Both the position numbers and the translations under genes were made by a program. From a virus (lineage: Duplodnaviria; Caudoviricetes), in IMG/VR virus record IMGVR_UViG_3300013121_000005, positions 192,001 through 256,000 of that record: a DNA stretch of 64,000 nt; one strand, given 5' to 3'. Below the pieces are notes generated by a model. The model did no database searches. It saw only the letters and a list, made by a program, of their open reading frames with translations, and was not told the origin of the DNA. Below are positions 9,148 through 18,840 of the stretch, piece by piece; position 1 is the first letter of the stretch; the number at the start of each line of letters is the position of its first letter.

Positions 9148-9607
9148 ACAGCTCAAGCTTCGGACAAATGAGCTTGGGGATCTCAACCTGTTCTTGATTT
9201 ACCAGTACGGGGATACCTGGGAGGAATCGTGGAAGGCAGCCCAGAACTTACCGCTTACCGCCCTTTTTACGGTAGTTACCAAAGAACTGATGACCCATGC
9301 TCTTGCAGGTTGGACAGCCCCTTTGGTGAAAGCGCTCGGAATCCCGCCTGAGGGCGCTATCCGAAAACTGTCTGTCCAGAATCAAACTTGTGAGCGTAAG
9401 GCCCTATGCCCCTTTTTCCAACGTAAGGAATGTCTTCCTACGTCCCCCAAGATGCCTTGGTGTTTCGAGCCAGGGGGGATTGAAGACCCTAATTCGAGGG
9501 GTCTTGCTGTAGAAGTTATTCGCTTATGGCGCTTAGGGACTCATATCATTGTGGTAGTTCAACCTCTAGAAGATGGAGCCTTACATGTCGGACCCATTCG
9601 CGAGTGA
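9140..9607 (+). CDS. Hypothetical Cys-cluster protein
   Basis: C-x5-C-x6-C-x8-C cluster; overlaps neighbours in the operon. Confidence 0.55.
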   Translation: MPRQLKLRTNELGDLNLFLIYQYGDTWEESWKAAQNLPLTALFTVVTKELMTHALAGWTAPLVKALGIPPEGAIRKLSVQNQTCERKALCPFFQRKECLPTSPKMPWCFEPGGIEDPNSRGLAVEVIRLWRLGTHIIVVVQPLEDGALHVGPIRE

Positions 9608-12377
9608 TGACCTTGCTAGTTTCATGGCAGAGGTGCAGCAGCAACGAGATGTGCCTGACATCACGCTCCCTTGGATGAGGTACCATGAGTTTGAGCGAGT
9701 CCAAAGCATTGAGCAGCTTAACGAAATTGTAGATGCGGCCATCAAAGCTGGGCATTGTGCCTTGGACTTAGAAGGACATGGGTTAGACTCCCGCATCTAC
9801 TACAAGAAGCTTGACGAGCTTCAAGCCCCCTACGAAATCTGGTGGGACGAAGCAAACCCGCCTGAGCGAGTCCCTCAGACGGTTCACAAGATCGTTGGGT
9901 ATTGCCTTTCCTATGACGGGAAGAAGGGGTGGTATGCTCCCATCCGGCACACAGCAGAGGATTCTCCGAACCTCAATGTTGTCGAAGCTGGGAAGGCTAT
10001 TACACGCCTTTGCCGTGCAGCCATCCCCGAGCTGACTGAGGAGGGGATGCAGACAGACCCTATTGCGAGTTCGTCTATCAAGAAACCTGGGATTAAGCTG
10101 TACTTCTGGAATGCCAAGTTTGACCAGGAATTCTTGTTCCCTGTCACTGGCATCGATTTCTGGCACCCTGACTCCTATGAGGATGGGATGCTCCTGTACT
10201 TTTGTCGGTACACCAACGACAAGAATGTAGGTCTCAAAGCTAAGTCCAAGAAGGAGTTGTTTATCAAAGACGCGCAAGGAGAGGCTATCAAGGAAAACAA
10301 CGTCCCTATTCCGTACGAAATGATCGAGCTGAAGCAGTTGTTCATTCGAGGGCGAAAGATCGACTTTGCTAGCCTTCATCCCGATGAACCCGGGGTTCTT
10401 AAGTACGCTTGTTCTGATGCTATCTGCACATTTCTGCACTGTGTTCGACCCGAACTTGTGGCTATGACCAAGGACCCTCAATATGCGGGTACCTATCGGT
10501 TGGAGAAACAGGCGGCTCAAGCACTTCGCGCAATGGAACGCAATCGGGTCAAGCTAGACCTTCCTTACATTCGTTCCTTGTTCAAGGAAGCTCTAAAAGA
10601 GGCTAATCAATATCGTGAAGAGATTGTGGCTTTGGCAGCACTCCATGGGTACCCAGGGTTTGACCCTAACTCGACAATGCAGCTTTCAGCCTTCCTTTTC
10701 AAAGACCCAAATGGGCTCAACATTCATCCTAAGCCCGCGACCAATGAAGCATCCGGGCAGTACAAGACTGATGCAGATACCCTGGAGAAGCTCATCGAGG
10801 AGCACCCGGAGATCAACCCGATTCTCCTGAAGATCGTCAAGTACCGCCAAGTTGAGAAGGTCATCGGGACCTACCTCGAATCCATGGTGGCTAACTGCGA
10901 CCACAATGACGAAGCTCGGGTGCAGTTCAAGCAGCACGGGGCTGCGACGGGCCGCATCTCGGCTCCTGCGGGCGACCCTGAGCACGGGTTCGGTGGCTTC
11001 CCGCCTCACGGGATCCCGAGCACCTACGACGACAAGAAGCCGAAGGTGGCAACCTCCCTCCGGCAGGCGTTCATCGCTCGCCCTGGGTTCACGATGGTGA
11101 AGGTCGACTTTGCGGGCGAAGAGCTTCGGATCGTCACCAACCTCTCCAAGGAGCCAGTCTGGGTCAAGGAGTTCTTGGAGGGTTCGGGCGACCTACACAG
11201 CATCACGGCCCGAGCCTTCTTCAACAAGCAGGACATCACCAAGCAGGAGCGCCAGCAGGGGAAGATCGCGAACTTCTCCCTCGTGTACGGTGGTGGGGTC
11301 CAGGCCATCATGCGAGCAACGGGCTGCAACCAGCATGAGGCAGCCCGAAGGAAGGCCAACTTCGACAAGACCCTTCCGACCTTCGCCAGTTGGGTGAAGA
11401 GCCAGAAAGCGCTCGTCCATAAGCACAAGGGCATCTTCACGCCATTTCGTCGTTGGATCGCTATCCCAGAGGTGGACTCCCTAGACAAGGCTCTTGTAGG
11501 GGCGGCTGAACGATGGTCTATCAACTATCCGATCCAAGGTGCGGGTGCCGACATCATGAAGATGGCGCTCGTCCTACTTCACAAGGAATTCCACAAGCTT
11601 GGGTGGTACGCCAAGGACCTCATCCGGATGCTTCTGACCGTCCACGACGAGATCGTGTTCGAGATCAAGCACGAGCTGGTACCGGAAGCCATGCCGGTCA
11701 TCGAGCGGCTCATGACGGAGCCCGGGCGGATGGCTCGGTGGCAGGTTCCCCTCTTGGTCGAGCCCCTCATCGACTCCTCTTGGGACGCCAAGTACGACTA
11801 CCACAAGATCCTCCACGGGGAGTTCAAGCCCCCGAAGGAAGGGGATAAGCCTCCGAAGGGGGTGGAAGTCCGAGTCGGAAACTACATCTTCCACAAGGTT
11901 CCCCCGTGGCTGGAGGGCATCGTCATCCCCGACTGGCAGCGAGAGGGTTGGGACCCAAACGCCAAGCAACAGCAGAAGCTTGGAAAGGCATCTTCGGAAC
12001 CTTCCTCCAGCCCAACTCAGGCAGCCCCAGCCTCAGAAGCTTCAACTCAGGCTCAGGCAGCCCCAGCCTCAGAAGCTTCAAAGGCAGCCGCACCTTCAAC
12101 TCAGGCAGCCTCAGTCTCACCTCAGGCAGCCCCACCGTCACCGACGCCTAAGCCTGACAAGAAGGAAGTTGAAACCTTTACATATGGGCTCTATCTTACA
12201 ACAGAAGCTACTATTCGGCAGGTTGCAGCTATTTGCATCTCCCTTGTAGGGGTAGGAAAAGGTAAAGTGCTACATCTAGTAGACTCGAAAACAGGTGAGA
12301 CCCTGATTGACCCGGCTATGGGCATCCAAGTAGACCCGGAAGAATTCGATCGTAAGATGCGAGAGGCCAACCTGTAG
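9573..12377 (+). CDS. polA: Family A DNA polymerase with 3'-5' exonuclease domain
   Basis: ALDLE exo I, WNAKFD exo II, YACSD exo III; ATGRIS, DFAGEELR (motif A), KIANFSLVYG (motif B), TVHDEIV (motif C); alternative start at 9585. Confidence 0.95.
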   Translation: MEPYMSDPFASDDLASFMAEVQQQRDVPDITLPWMRYHEFERVQSIEQLNEIVDAAIKAGHCALDLEGHGLDSRIYYKKLDELQAPYEIWWDEANPPERVPQTVHKIVGYCLSYDGKKGWYAPIRHTAEDSPNLNVVEAGKAITRLCRAAIPELTEEGMQTDPIASSSIKKPGIKLYFWNAKFDQEFLFPVTGIDFWHPDSYEDGMLLYFCRYTNDKNVGLKAKSKKELFIKDAQGEAIKENNVPIPYEMIELKQLFIRGRKIDFASLHPDEPGVLKYACSDAICTFLHCVRPELVAMTKDPQYAGTYRLEKQAAQALRAMERNRVKLDLPYIRSLFKEALKEANQYREEIVALAALHGYPGFDPNSTMQLSAFLFKDPNGLNIHPKPATNEASGQYKTDADTLEKLIEEHPEINPILLKIVKYRQVEKVIGTYLESMVANCDHNDEARVQFKQHGAATGRISAPAGDPEHGFGGFPPHGIPSTYDDKKPKVATSLRQAFIARPGFTMVKVDFAGEELRIVTNLSKEPVWVKEFLEGSGDLHSITARAFFNKQDITKQERQQGKIANFSLVYGGGVQAIMRATGCNQHEAARRKANFDKTLPTFASWVKSQKALVHKHKGIFTPFRRWIAIPEVDSLDKALVGAAERWSINYPIQGAGADIMKMALVLLHKEFHKLGWYAKDLIRMLLTVHDEIVFEIKHELVPEAMPVIERLMTEPGRMARWQVPLLVEPLIDSSWDAKYDYHKILHGEFKPPKEGDKPPKGVEVRVGNYIFHKVPPWLEGIVIPDWQREGWDPNAKQQQKLGKASSEPSSSPTQAAPASEASTQAQAAPASEASKAAAPSTQAASVSPQAAPPSPTPKPDKKEVETFTYGLYLTTEATIRQVAAICISLVGVGKGKVLHLVDSKTGETLIDPAMGIQVDPEEFDRKMREANL
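12016..12081 (+). repeat. 36-bp-period in-frame duplication in the Ala/Ser/Pro linker of the polymerase
   Basis: ctcaggcagccccagcctcagaagcttcaa occurs at 12016 and 12052. Confidence 0.85.
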
Positions 12378-12401
12378 TTCGTTTATGGGCGAGTCTAGTA
12401 G

Positions 12402-13031
12402 ATGTCGGTAGTACGTAAGGATTGTCTGAAGGAGTGTAACGAGCACAGTGTGCCGTTAGACCAATTCCAAGAGCAGTTTTGCTCTCATTGCGTTCAGCCT
12501 GAATGTACCCGTAGTCAGTACGGGACCTTCAAGTTTGATCGTCGTGTAGCTACTTGGAAGGAAAGGCTTTTCACTAAGGTCCCGCTTATGGACCCAAAGG
12601 ACCCTAGGTTCCCTGAAATTTCAGGGAAGCAGTTCAAGATGATGGTGCCTACTTCTAGGTTACCAGAGGTAGGGAACTGGGTTGAACCCTCCTCACTTTC
12701 TTCTGAGGGTTTGCCTAAGGTAGGGGAAAAGACGACAGAGCCGTCTTTTGAACCTCTTCCTCCCGAACCTCCCCCCAAGGAGGAGCTTCTTCCTCCCGAA
12801 CCTCCCCCCAAGGAGGAGGTTCGGGAGGGCCGACCTGGCAATGCTGGTAGTTACCATCGTGCGGCAACGCTCAATACTAGGGGGCAGAGCGGGAAAGTTC
12901 TACAAGGAGCCCCACCTCCTCAGGACCCTTGGAAAGAGCACCCCGCCCCTAAAATGAAGGCCCAGGGCGAGACAATCGTAAAACGAGGTGCTACAATCCG
13001 GCTTGGGGGTGGTGGGAACGGTGTAGAGTAG
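12402..13031 (+). CDS. Hypothetical protein with Cys-rich N-terminus and Pro-rich tail
   Basis: CxxxC...CxxCxxxxC; 33-bp duplication at 12755-12818. Confidence 0.6.
   Translation: MSVVRKDCLKECNEHSVPLDQFQEQFCSHCVQPECTRSQYGTFKFDRRVATWKERLFTKVPLMDPKDPRFPEISGKQFKMMVPTSRLPEVGNWVEPSSLSSEGLPKVGEKTTEPSFEPLPPEPPPKEELLPPEPPPKEEVREGRPGNAGSYHRAATLNTRGQSGKVLQGAPPPQDPWKEHPAPKMKAQGETIVKRGATIRLGGGGNGVE
13020..13025 (+). promoter_or_regulatory. GGTGTA motif
   Basis: Overlaps the end of the preceding CDS; upstream of AGGAG RBS and ATG 13067. Confidence 0.5.
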
Positions 13032-13066
13032 ACCAACCCAACATCTTAGGGGCGTAGGAGAAGACA

Positions 13067-13243
13067 ATGGAATTCAAGGTCACGATTAGTATGGATGGTA
13101 AAACGGTGGTAGAGGTGATCAATCGTAACGAGCACCTCTGCACGGACGTTTACAAGGTAACCAATCGCTTGGGGCGGCAAATTTCCGATGAGGAGTTGCC
13201 GGACTGTGCTTCTCCAACTGTCCACGAAATTTCCCGAACGTAG
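13067..13243 (+). CDS. DUF2997-like small protein (58 aa, not in the ORF track)
   Basis: Translated by hand as MEFKVTISMDGKTVVEVINRNEHLCTDVYKVTNRLG...; AGGAG RBS; next to DUF1257-like and AAA genes. Confidence 0.6.
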   Translation: MEFKVTISMDGKTVVEVINRNEHLCTDVYKVTNRLGRQISDEELPDCASPTVHEISRT

Positions 13244-13284
13244 TCCGTTGCTCTCTGCTGCAACGAGAAAGAACATACATCATC

Positions 13285-13617
13285 ATGTCTCACCGAGTTA
13301 CTATCGAAACCCAAATGAAAGATGCTTCGGTCCTCAAGAAGACTCTGGAGGAATCTGGTATCGCGTTCTCGCAGAGCGGGGCCATCTTCAATCTCTCCTC
13401 TGGAGACTTCAAGGGGGCAAGCGTCAACGTGAGTACCGGAACCATCACGTCGGGTGACGTGGACTACTTCAAGGTGGATGCTTCCAAGTTGGGTCTTTTG
13501 CGACAGAAGTACGCAGAGACCCTGTACAAGGAGGAAGCGTTCAAAGAGGGGATCCTTGTCGAAAGCCGAACGGTGGAGAAAGACGGCTCAATCACCCTCA
13601 TGTGCCGAATGGCTTAG
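13285..13617 (+). CDS. DUF1257/Ycf35-like protein
   Basis: MSHRVTIETQMKD...L..TL N-terminus, L.QKYA and DGSITL C-terminus. Confidence 0.65.
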   Translation: MSHRVTIETQMKDASVLKKTLEESGIAFSQSGAIFNLSSGDFKGASVNVSTGTITSGDVDYFKVDASKLGLLRQKYAETLYKEEAFKEGILVESRTVEKDGSITLMCRMA

Positions 13618-13640
13618 CGCCATCTTCTAACTCCGGGTTC

Positions 13641-13678
13641 AAGCAGAAAGGCTCACGAAAGTGGGCCTTTCTGCTTTT
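13641..13678 (+). terminator. Intrinsic terminator
   Basis: aagcagaaaggctcac-gaaa-gtgggcctttctgctt hairpin followed by T residues. Confidence 0.8.
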
Positions 13679-13786
13679 AGGGGGCTTGCCCTTTTGTGCT
13701 TGCCCTCAAGTTTTTCATTCTCTCCGCTTGAGTTTTGGTGTAAGAGTTGTTGAAAGCTGTTTCCGAGAAACTATGAAGGGGCTGAC

Positions 13787-15346
13787 ATGTTGAGTCCAGA
13801 GTTTGTGAATCTCTTGCGTGCATATACGCGCGTGATCTACTACGTCACTCCTGAAGAGGATGTGTTCCTCCGCGATTTTCATGAGATGATGGTTAAGCAC
13901 GAAGCTCGCACGTGGGTCTTTGTAGGGACCAATGGGCTTATGCCCATTGCAAAGCTACGGAATGACTGGTCTACTAGGGCGCATCATGTAGAATCGCCCA
14001 ACAACATCCATGACGCACTCATTCGGATGTACCAGGATAGCTCGGTTGATGATGAGCTGTTCTACATCATTACGGATCCAGACCGGTGGTTGAAGGATGA
14101 CCACGTTGTACGGAGAATTCTGAACATTGTCCACCAGCTCCATCAAGAGCCGACCAATGTCAAGTCGTTGATTTTCGTTGGTCCCCGTCTGGTGATTCCT
14201 GAGAAGCTTCAGCCCTACGTCAACGTGGTCCATGACCCTGGGATGACGAGTGTTGAAATTAACGAGCTGGTAGCTCGGGTTGCCACGCTACTGAAGACCC
14301 CTACCCCTAAGGGGGATGTGTCCAAGGATTACCGGGGGCTGAATCGTTACCAAGTCGAGGAAGCTACCTTTCTGTCGGTCGCCATGACTCGGAAGGAGAA
14401 TAGGCGAGTCGATTTGGGAATCATCCAGAAGTACCGAAGGGGTCAACTCCAAAAGACAGGTTTGCTCCAGTACGTGAATCATGACGTTACCTTCGACCAA
14501 ATTGGGGGTGCTGACCGATTCAAAACTTGGGCGAAGCAAACCGCAGCTTGTTGGACCCCTGAGGGTCAAGCTTTCGGCTTGTCTCCCCCCCGAGGTGTAC
14601 TCCTCGTTGGGGTGTACGGCTGCGGTAAGTCGATCTGTGCCAAAGCTTTGGCGAAGGAATGGGACCTGCCGCTGGTCCAATTTGAGATGGGACGGTTGCG
14701 GTCGTCTGGGGTAGGGGATTCCGAAAACAACCTGTACCGAGCTTTGAGCCTCGTGGAAAGTGCGGCTCCTTGCATCATGTGGGTGGACGAAGCGGAGAAA
14801 AGTCTTTCTGGAGGTGAGTCCTCCGCACAATCTGATGCAGGCACCACCTCACGGTTGCTTGGGATCCTGTCCACCTGGGCTCAGGAATCAAAGGCCCCCG
14901 TCTGTATCGTCCTGACGGCTAACAGCCTGGATACCTTGCCAGTCGAAATGGTCAACCGGATGCCTCAAAGGTTCTTTTTCGATCTCCCGAACGAGGAGAA
15001 CCGTATCGACATCCTCAAGATCCACGCCAAGAAGGCTGGGCAGGATGTGTCTTCCTTCAATCTCGTGGACTTGGCTGAAAAGGCTAAGAATCTGGTGGGG
15101 CGAGAGATTGAACAGGCAATCACTGAGGCTATGGTCAGGTCCTTCCATGCCAAGAAGAAAGGTTTGGATGAAACCTTGTTGGGGGAGGTACTGACTCGGA
15201 AGCCTCGCATCATTCGGACCATGACGGATGAGATTAATCGGGTTCTCGTCTGGGTTGGTTACGACCCGGATGCAGACGATGGTATTCGAGCCCATCTGGC
15301 ATCGAGTAACCGAAGTGAGCAATTCCTTTCGATCACAGCAGGGTAA
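13787..15346 (+). CDS. Ycf46-like AAA+ ATPase
   Basis: GVYGCGKS Walker A, MWVDEAEK Walker B, TAN sensor, FFFDLP; degenerate N-terminal AAA domain. Confidence 0.85.
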   Translation: MLSPEFVNLLRAYTRVIYYVTPEEDVFLRDFHEMMVKHEARTWVFVGTNGLMPIAKLRNDWSTRAHHVESPNNIHDALIRMYQDSSVDDELFYIITDPDRWLKDDHVVRRILNIVHQLHQEPTNVKSLIFVGPRLVIPEKLQPYVNVVHDPGMTSVEINELVARVATLLKTPTPKGDVSKDYRGLNRYQVEEATFLSVAMTRKENRRVDLGIIQKYRRGQLQKTGLLQYVNHDVTFDQIGGADRFKTWAKQTAACWTPEGQAFGLSPPRGVLLVGVYGCGKSICAKALAKEWDLPLVQFEMGRLRSSGVGDSENNLYRALSLVESAAPCIMWVDEAEKSLSGGESSAQSDAGTTSRLLGILSTWAQESKAPVCIVLTANSLDTLPVEMVNRMPQRFFFDLPNEENRIDILKIHAKKAGQDVSSFNLVDLAEKAKNLVGREIEQAITEAMVRSFHAKKKGLDETLLGEVLTRKPRIIRTMTDEINRVLVWVGYDPDADDGIRAHLASSNRSEQFLSITAG

Positions 15347-15362
15347 GGAAAATAAGGACAGA

Positions 15363-15398
15363 AAAGGCGCAAGGGGTTACTCTCCCCTTGCGCCTTTC
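15363..15398 (+). terminator. Intrinsic terminator-like hairpin
   Basis: aaaggcgcaagggg / ccccttgcgccttt perfect 14-bp stem. Confidence 0.75.
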
Positions 15399-15423
15399 GT
15401 CTTAGTGCAGGAGAGTCTTTCCT

Positions 15424-16602
15424 ATGGAAGAACGCAGTCTTGTAAAGGTAGACCTAGAGATCCAATCAGACGCTCAACCTGAGCCTGGTCTTCTTCGGCT
15501 CGCTCGACACGTAGTTCAACGGAATCCTGATGTGTCGCAGCTTTTTGTAGCGGCTAAGCAGCAGTCACAGCCCACGTCTTGGCTACAGGAACAACTCCAG
15601 ATAGAGTTGAACAAGATTTTCATCGGGGAAGAAGCGAACGTCCGAGAGGTATCTAGGTATCTATCGGATGAGTACTTCCAGATTGGAGATGGGATCCTCC
15701 TCATTTCGTCTGATACTGGACGGGCTATTGCCAAGTTGACAGATGAAGACTTCTATCAGCCTTCTCCAGTACCTCGTGAGGGGTCCTCGAAGATGGCTAC
15801 GCCTGGGCTGCGGATTCGTCCAGAGCTTGAGGGGTTTATTGTCCAGTGGACCTTTGATCGGAGTAAGGAAAAGGAGAATGTAGAAGCGCTCCGTATGCGT
15901 AACTCTGCTCCAACTGTACTCCTGCAAGAGGAGGGGGATAATCGCCTACACTTTACGACCCTTGCTGGTCGACGGGCATTGGTCAATCAAGTCAGAGAAA
16001 GCCTTCCGAACCTATCGCTGACCACCAAAGCTTTCCCGTTCTTCGACTTCCTCTTTACCTGGGGGGTGCCGTCAGACACCTCGAAATTCGAGGCTGTCCC
16101 AATCCAGGTGTACTCTTCTTTCAGGGTCTCACTGCATGACCCTCTGACAAGGAATATTCAGCACTCTATCGAGAAAATGTTACTCTCTACGATTCCTGTG
16201 GGGTGGGTGCGACAGCTCCTAACCGAAATCTTGAGAGCTGCTTTGAAATCGGGTAGGGCTGTCACTTCTGGTACTTTTGATGAGTTTGTTCAAGGTCGAG
16301 ACTTTGGGGTTTGGGTTGTCCCAACCAACCTGTACCTTGAACTTCAACGTCGAGGGTCCCCCACGTACATTGCGGCTCACGAAGCAGCAGAGGGGCATGC
16401 CCTGTATCTGTCTTACCGTGATGCGGTAGTTGGGCACCTAGCCAACTTGAAGTTTGATTGCTCTAGTCGGGAGCTGTTCGACAGGTGGACCCTTGACTCG
16501 AAAATGGAGGGTACCCTTTGGATCGACTGGTCAAAGATAGAGGTCTTTGCCCTAGAAGGGGTAATCCCAACTGGAATAAGCATCGAACCTAAACCCCTTT
16601 GA
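15424..16602 (+). CDS. Hypothetical protein
   Basis: 392-aa ORF with AGGAG RBS; no motif recognised. Confidence 0.65.
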   Translation: MEERSLVKVDLEIQSDAQPEPGLLRLARHVVQRNPDVSQLFVAAKQQSQPTSWLQEQLQIELNKIFIGEEANVREVSRYLSDEYFQIGDGILLISSDTGRAIAKLTDEDFYQPSPVPREGSSKMATPGLRIRPELEGFIVQWTFDRSKEKENVEALRMRNSAPTVLLQEEGDNRLHFTTLAGRRALVNQVRESLPNLSLTTKAFPFFDFLFTWGVPSDTSKFEAVPIQVYSSFRVSLHDPLTRNIQHSIEKMLLSTIPVGWVRQLLTEILRAALKSGRAVTSGTFDEFVQGRDFGVWVVPTNLYLELQRRGSPTYIAAHEAAEGHALYLSYRDAVVGHLANLKFDCSSRELFDRWTLDSKMEGTLWIDWSKIEVFALEGVIPTGISIEPKPL

Positions 16603-16608
16603 GGTCCC

Positions 16609-16845
16609 ATGTTCTACTCGTTTGTGGTTCAATGTAAGGAAGAAATCGTAATCCCAGAGTACCTAGTCACTCTGGATCAAGGTGTAAACGTATTCAATGT
16701 AGTCGTGAAGGATCTTGATGGCTTTCTACGACAGCTTCAAGAGGCTGGGGTGATGGTCCAACAAGTCCACCGGCTTGAAGAGGAAGCGTTTCACCGGCTT
16801 GAAGAGGAAACGCCTGAATATAGGTTGCCCGATGGGACTTCGTAA
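16609..16845 (+). CDS. Hypothetical small protein
   Basis: GAGG RBS; 24-bp duplication (HRLEEE x2). Confidence 0.55.
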   Translation: MFYSFVVQCKEEIVIPEYLVTLDQGVNVFNVVVKDLDGFLRQLQEAGVMVQQVHRLEEEAFHRLEEETPEYRLPDGTS

Positions 16846-17095
16846 GCGTAAGAATGACTTGATCATGGTGCTTCGGGCACATGAAGTTGCAAAAGTACTT
16901 ACCCCTGCCCAAGTAGCTACCTTTAGGGATATGTACTCTCGTGCTCGTACCGAATCAGAGCAAGATGAAGTACGTAAGGTAGTACAGAATTTTGTGGATG
17001 ATACAGGGGCTGATCGCTTTTCTAGGCTTCTCCGAAAGTCACGCCAAGATGAAGATGACGATGAGATTGTGATTCCGCCTCATGCCCGCCCCTAA
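16832..17095 (+). CDS. Hypothetical protein with DRFSRLL-acidic tag
   Basis: ATG 16832 overlaps the upstream ORF. Confidence 0.55.
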   Translation: MGLRKRKNDLIMVLRAHEVAKVLTPAQVATFRDMYSRARTESEQDEVRKVVQNFVDDTGADRFSRLLRKSRQDEDDDEIVIPPHARP

Positions 17096-17110
17096 GAAAG
17101 AAGAGCCTCG

Positions 17111-17680
17111 ATGCCATCTAGAAAACGACTACTCCTCGATGTAGATGAGGTCCTTGCTGAGTTCCAAGTCTCAACTTTTCAAGTCGTCTATAGGCTATTC
17201 GGGAGAAAGCTGACTCCCCATGACTATGACACTTGGGACATTTTCTCCGCCTTCACGGCGGAAGAGAAGAGGGTCCTTTTCGAGGAGTTGGAGAAACCCG
17301 GCTTCTGTCAAAGTATTTCGCCTACCCCAGGGTCCCATGAGGCTGTCCGTGAGCTTCGGAAAATCGTAGATGTGTATCCCGTAACTTTCCCCTTCCATAG
17401 CCCGACTTGGGTCTATGAGCGTAACGTTTGGCTACAGGATCACTACGGATTTACGAAACAGGAGATCGTCTATACGGGGTCGAAGTTCCTAGTCACTGGG
17501 GACGCCCTCCTAGACGACAACCCAAGCCATGTGACTGCGTGGATGGGAGAGCATCCCCACGGGGTAGGGATGCTTTGGCATATCCCCAACACGCGAAATA
17601 TGGGGTACGGAGACCTTCGGGTCCATACGTGGGAAGAGGTCCTTCGCAGGGTTGAGGCTTTGGTTTCGCGGGCGGTGTAG
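17111..17680 (+). CDS. HAD-family 5'(3')-deoxyribonucleotidase (NT5C-like)
   Basis: LLDVDEVL motif I, K...GDALLDDNP motifs III/IV. Confidence 0.85.
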   Translation: MPSRKRLLLDVDEVLAEFQVSTFQVVYRLFGRKLTPHDYDTWDIFSAFTAEEKRVLFEELEKPGFCQSISPTPGSHEAVRELRKIVDVYPVTFPFHSPTWVYERNVWLQDHYGFTKQEIVYTGSKFLVTGDALLDDNPSHVTAWMGEHPHGVGMLWHIPNTRNMGYGDLRVHTWEEVLRRVEALVSRAV

Positions 17681-17710
17681 TCTGTCTCTCTAGTACCCCT
17701 GGAGTAACTC

Positions 17711-18361
17711 ATGTTCAAAACTGGCAGCCCTAACCTCAACAAGCTTCTTCCGAACGGTGGGTTTCCTACGGGTGGGTTGTCTCTTATCACTTCAGACGAG
17801 CTTAAAGACGAAGACAATGATGTAAACCTATCCCTCTTGTTGTTGTCCGTCGCCAAATGTGCGGGTAGGAAACAAGTACACGTTCACTACCTTGATTGCT
17901 TGCGCCTATACGAAAAGAGTAGGGCAACCAAGGGTATCCCTAACCTCCAAATGTATTGGCCTGAGTCCCTTGATGATTGCTTGGACTTAGCACTTGCCGC
18001 TGTAGAAACTGTAGGAAATAGCGTAAACCTTGTGGTTCTTGATTCCCCTAATGCTCTACCCGCTAAGCGAGGTCGAATCGTTTCCCTCGTGGGGAAGGCT
18101 ACTAACTGGTTAGCAAAGACCAAATCCTTGCTCAGTAGGTACCCTAAAACTGGGGTTGTCATTGGGCTGGGCCCCATTGGGGACTACAATCACCTCATTG
18201 AGAATGAGGCGATTGTAGCACTTTCGTTGAGTGCGGGGGGCCACATTAGAGTGCATAAGCCCAAACAAGGGGTGTGTCGTATCCTGGCAACAGAACGTGG
18301 TCTCAAGGACCTTTTGATTGAGCCAACTCCCATTGCCCGAAGTCGGTATGACCTGATTTAG
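17711..18361 (+). CDS. Degenerate RecA-like protein lacking Walker A; ends SRYDLI
   Basis: FKTGSPNLNKLLPNGGFPTG resembles the RecA STGS..LD..LG.GG.P.G motif; YLD and LVVLDS (Walker B) retained; GKT absent. Confidence 0.55.
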   Translation: MFKTGSPNLNKLLPNGGFPTGGLSLITSDELKDEDNDVNLSLLLLSVAKCAGRKQVHVHYLDCLRLYEKSRATKGIPNLQMYWPESLDDCLDLALAAVETVGNSVNLVVLDSPNALPAKRGRIVSLVGKATNWLAKTKSLLSRYPKTGVVIGLGPIGDYNHLIENEAIVALSLSAGGHIRVHKPKQGVCRILATERGLKDLLIEPTPIARSRYDLI

Positions 18362-18367
18362 GTCCTA

Positions 18368-18823
18368 ATGACTGTCCTAATGACTGCCCTACCCTTCAGT
18401 ATGACTTGGGGTCCGGTCCTGCTTACGACCGTCATGTTGGAAAAGGCAACTAAGGATGCTTTAAGTCTAGAAGGGTGTGTCATTGTTATTGGCTGTACTA
18501 GAGCCCACTCTAACGAGTTAGGTCACCAACTTACAGCTAAGTTACTTGAGGTTCCTGGTACTCAAATACTCAGTCGAGGGTGCAGTGGGGGAGATATTCT
18601 TTTTAACTCAGCCAGTAAGAAGGAAGGAGAGATTTGGGTTGTCACTGACTACTCCACCTTCTTTGGGAAAGAAGAGACTTGGGTTACCTCTGAGTACCTT
18701 CAGAAAAAAGTCCGAGGGCGAAAGCTAGCCTCGCTATTCCTTCTTAGCGGTTCGTCTGGGTGGAGGAGAGGGTGTCCTCAACCCCCTCCCAAAACACGGT
18801 ATGAGCTTCTCTTAGGCACCTAG
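18368..18823 (+). CDS. Hypothetical protein ending TRYELLLGT
   Basis: ORF in operon context; 12-bp duplication at its start. Confidence 0.5.
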   Translation: MTVLMTALPFSMTWGPVLLTTVMLEKATKDALSLEGCVIVIGCTRAHSNELGHQLTAKLLEVPGTQILSRGCSGGDILFNSASKKEGEIWVVTDYSTFFGKEETWVTSEYLQKKVRGRKLASLFLLSGSSGWRRGCPQPPPKTRYELLLGT

Positions 18824-18840
18824 ACGGAGGGGTCGGAAAG

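Noticed and set aside
9783-11969. Long antisense or alternate-frame ORFs over polA (similarly over clpX, pyrB and 50143)
   Set aside because: They are shadows of GC3-rich coding on the other strand, with no motifs or RBS.
13011-13031. Shared C-termini GVE*/GVV*/RAV* (12402, 57698, 22733, 17111) as a degron
   Set aside because: They are explained by the downstream gene's GGTGTA motif overlapping the last codons.
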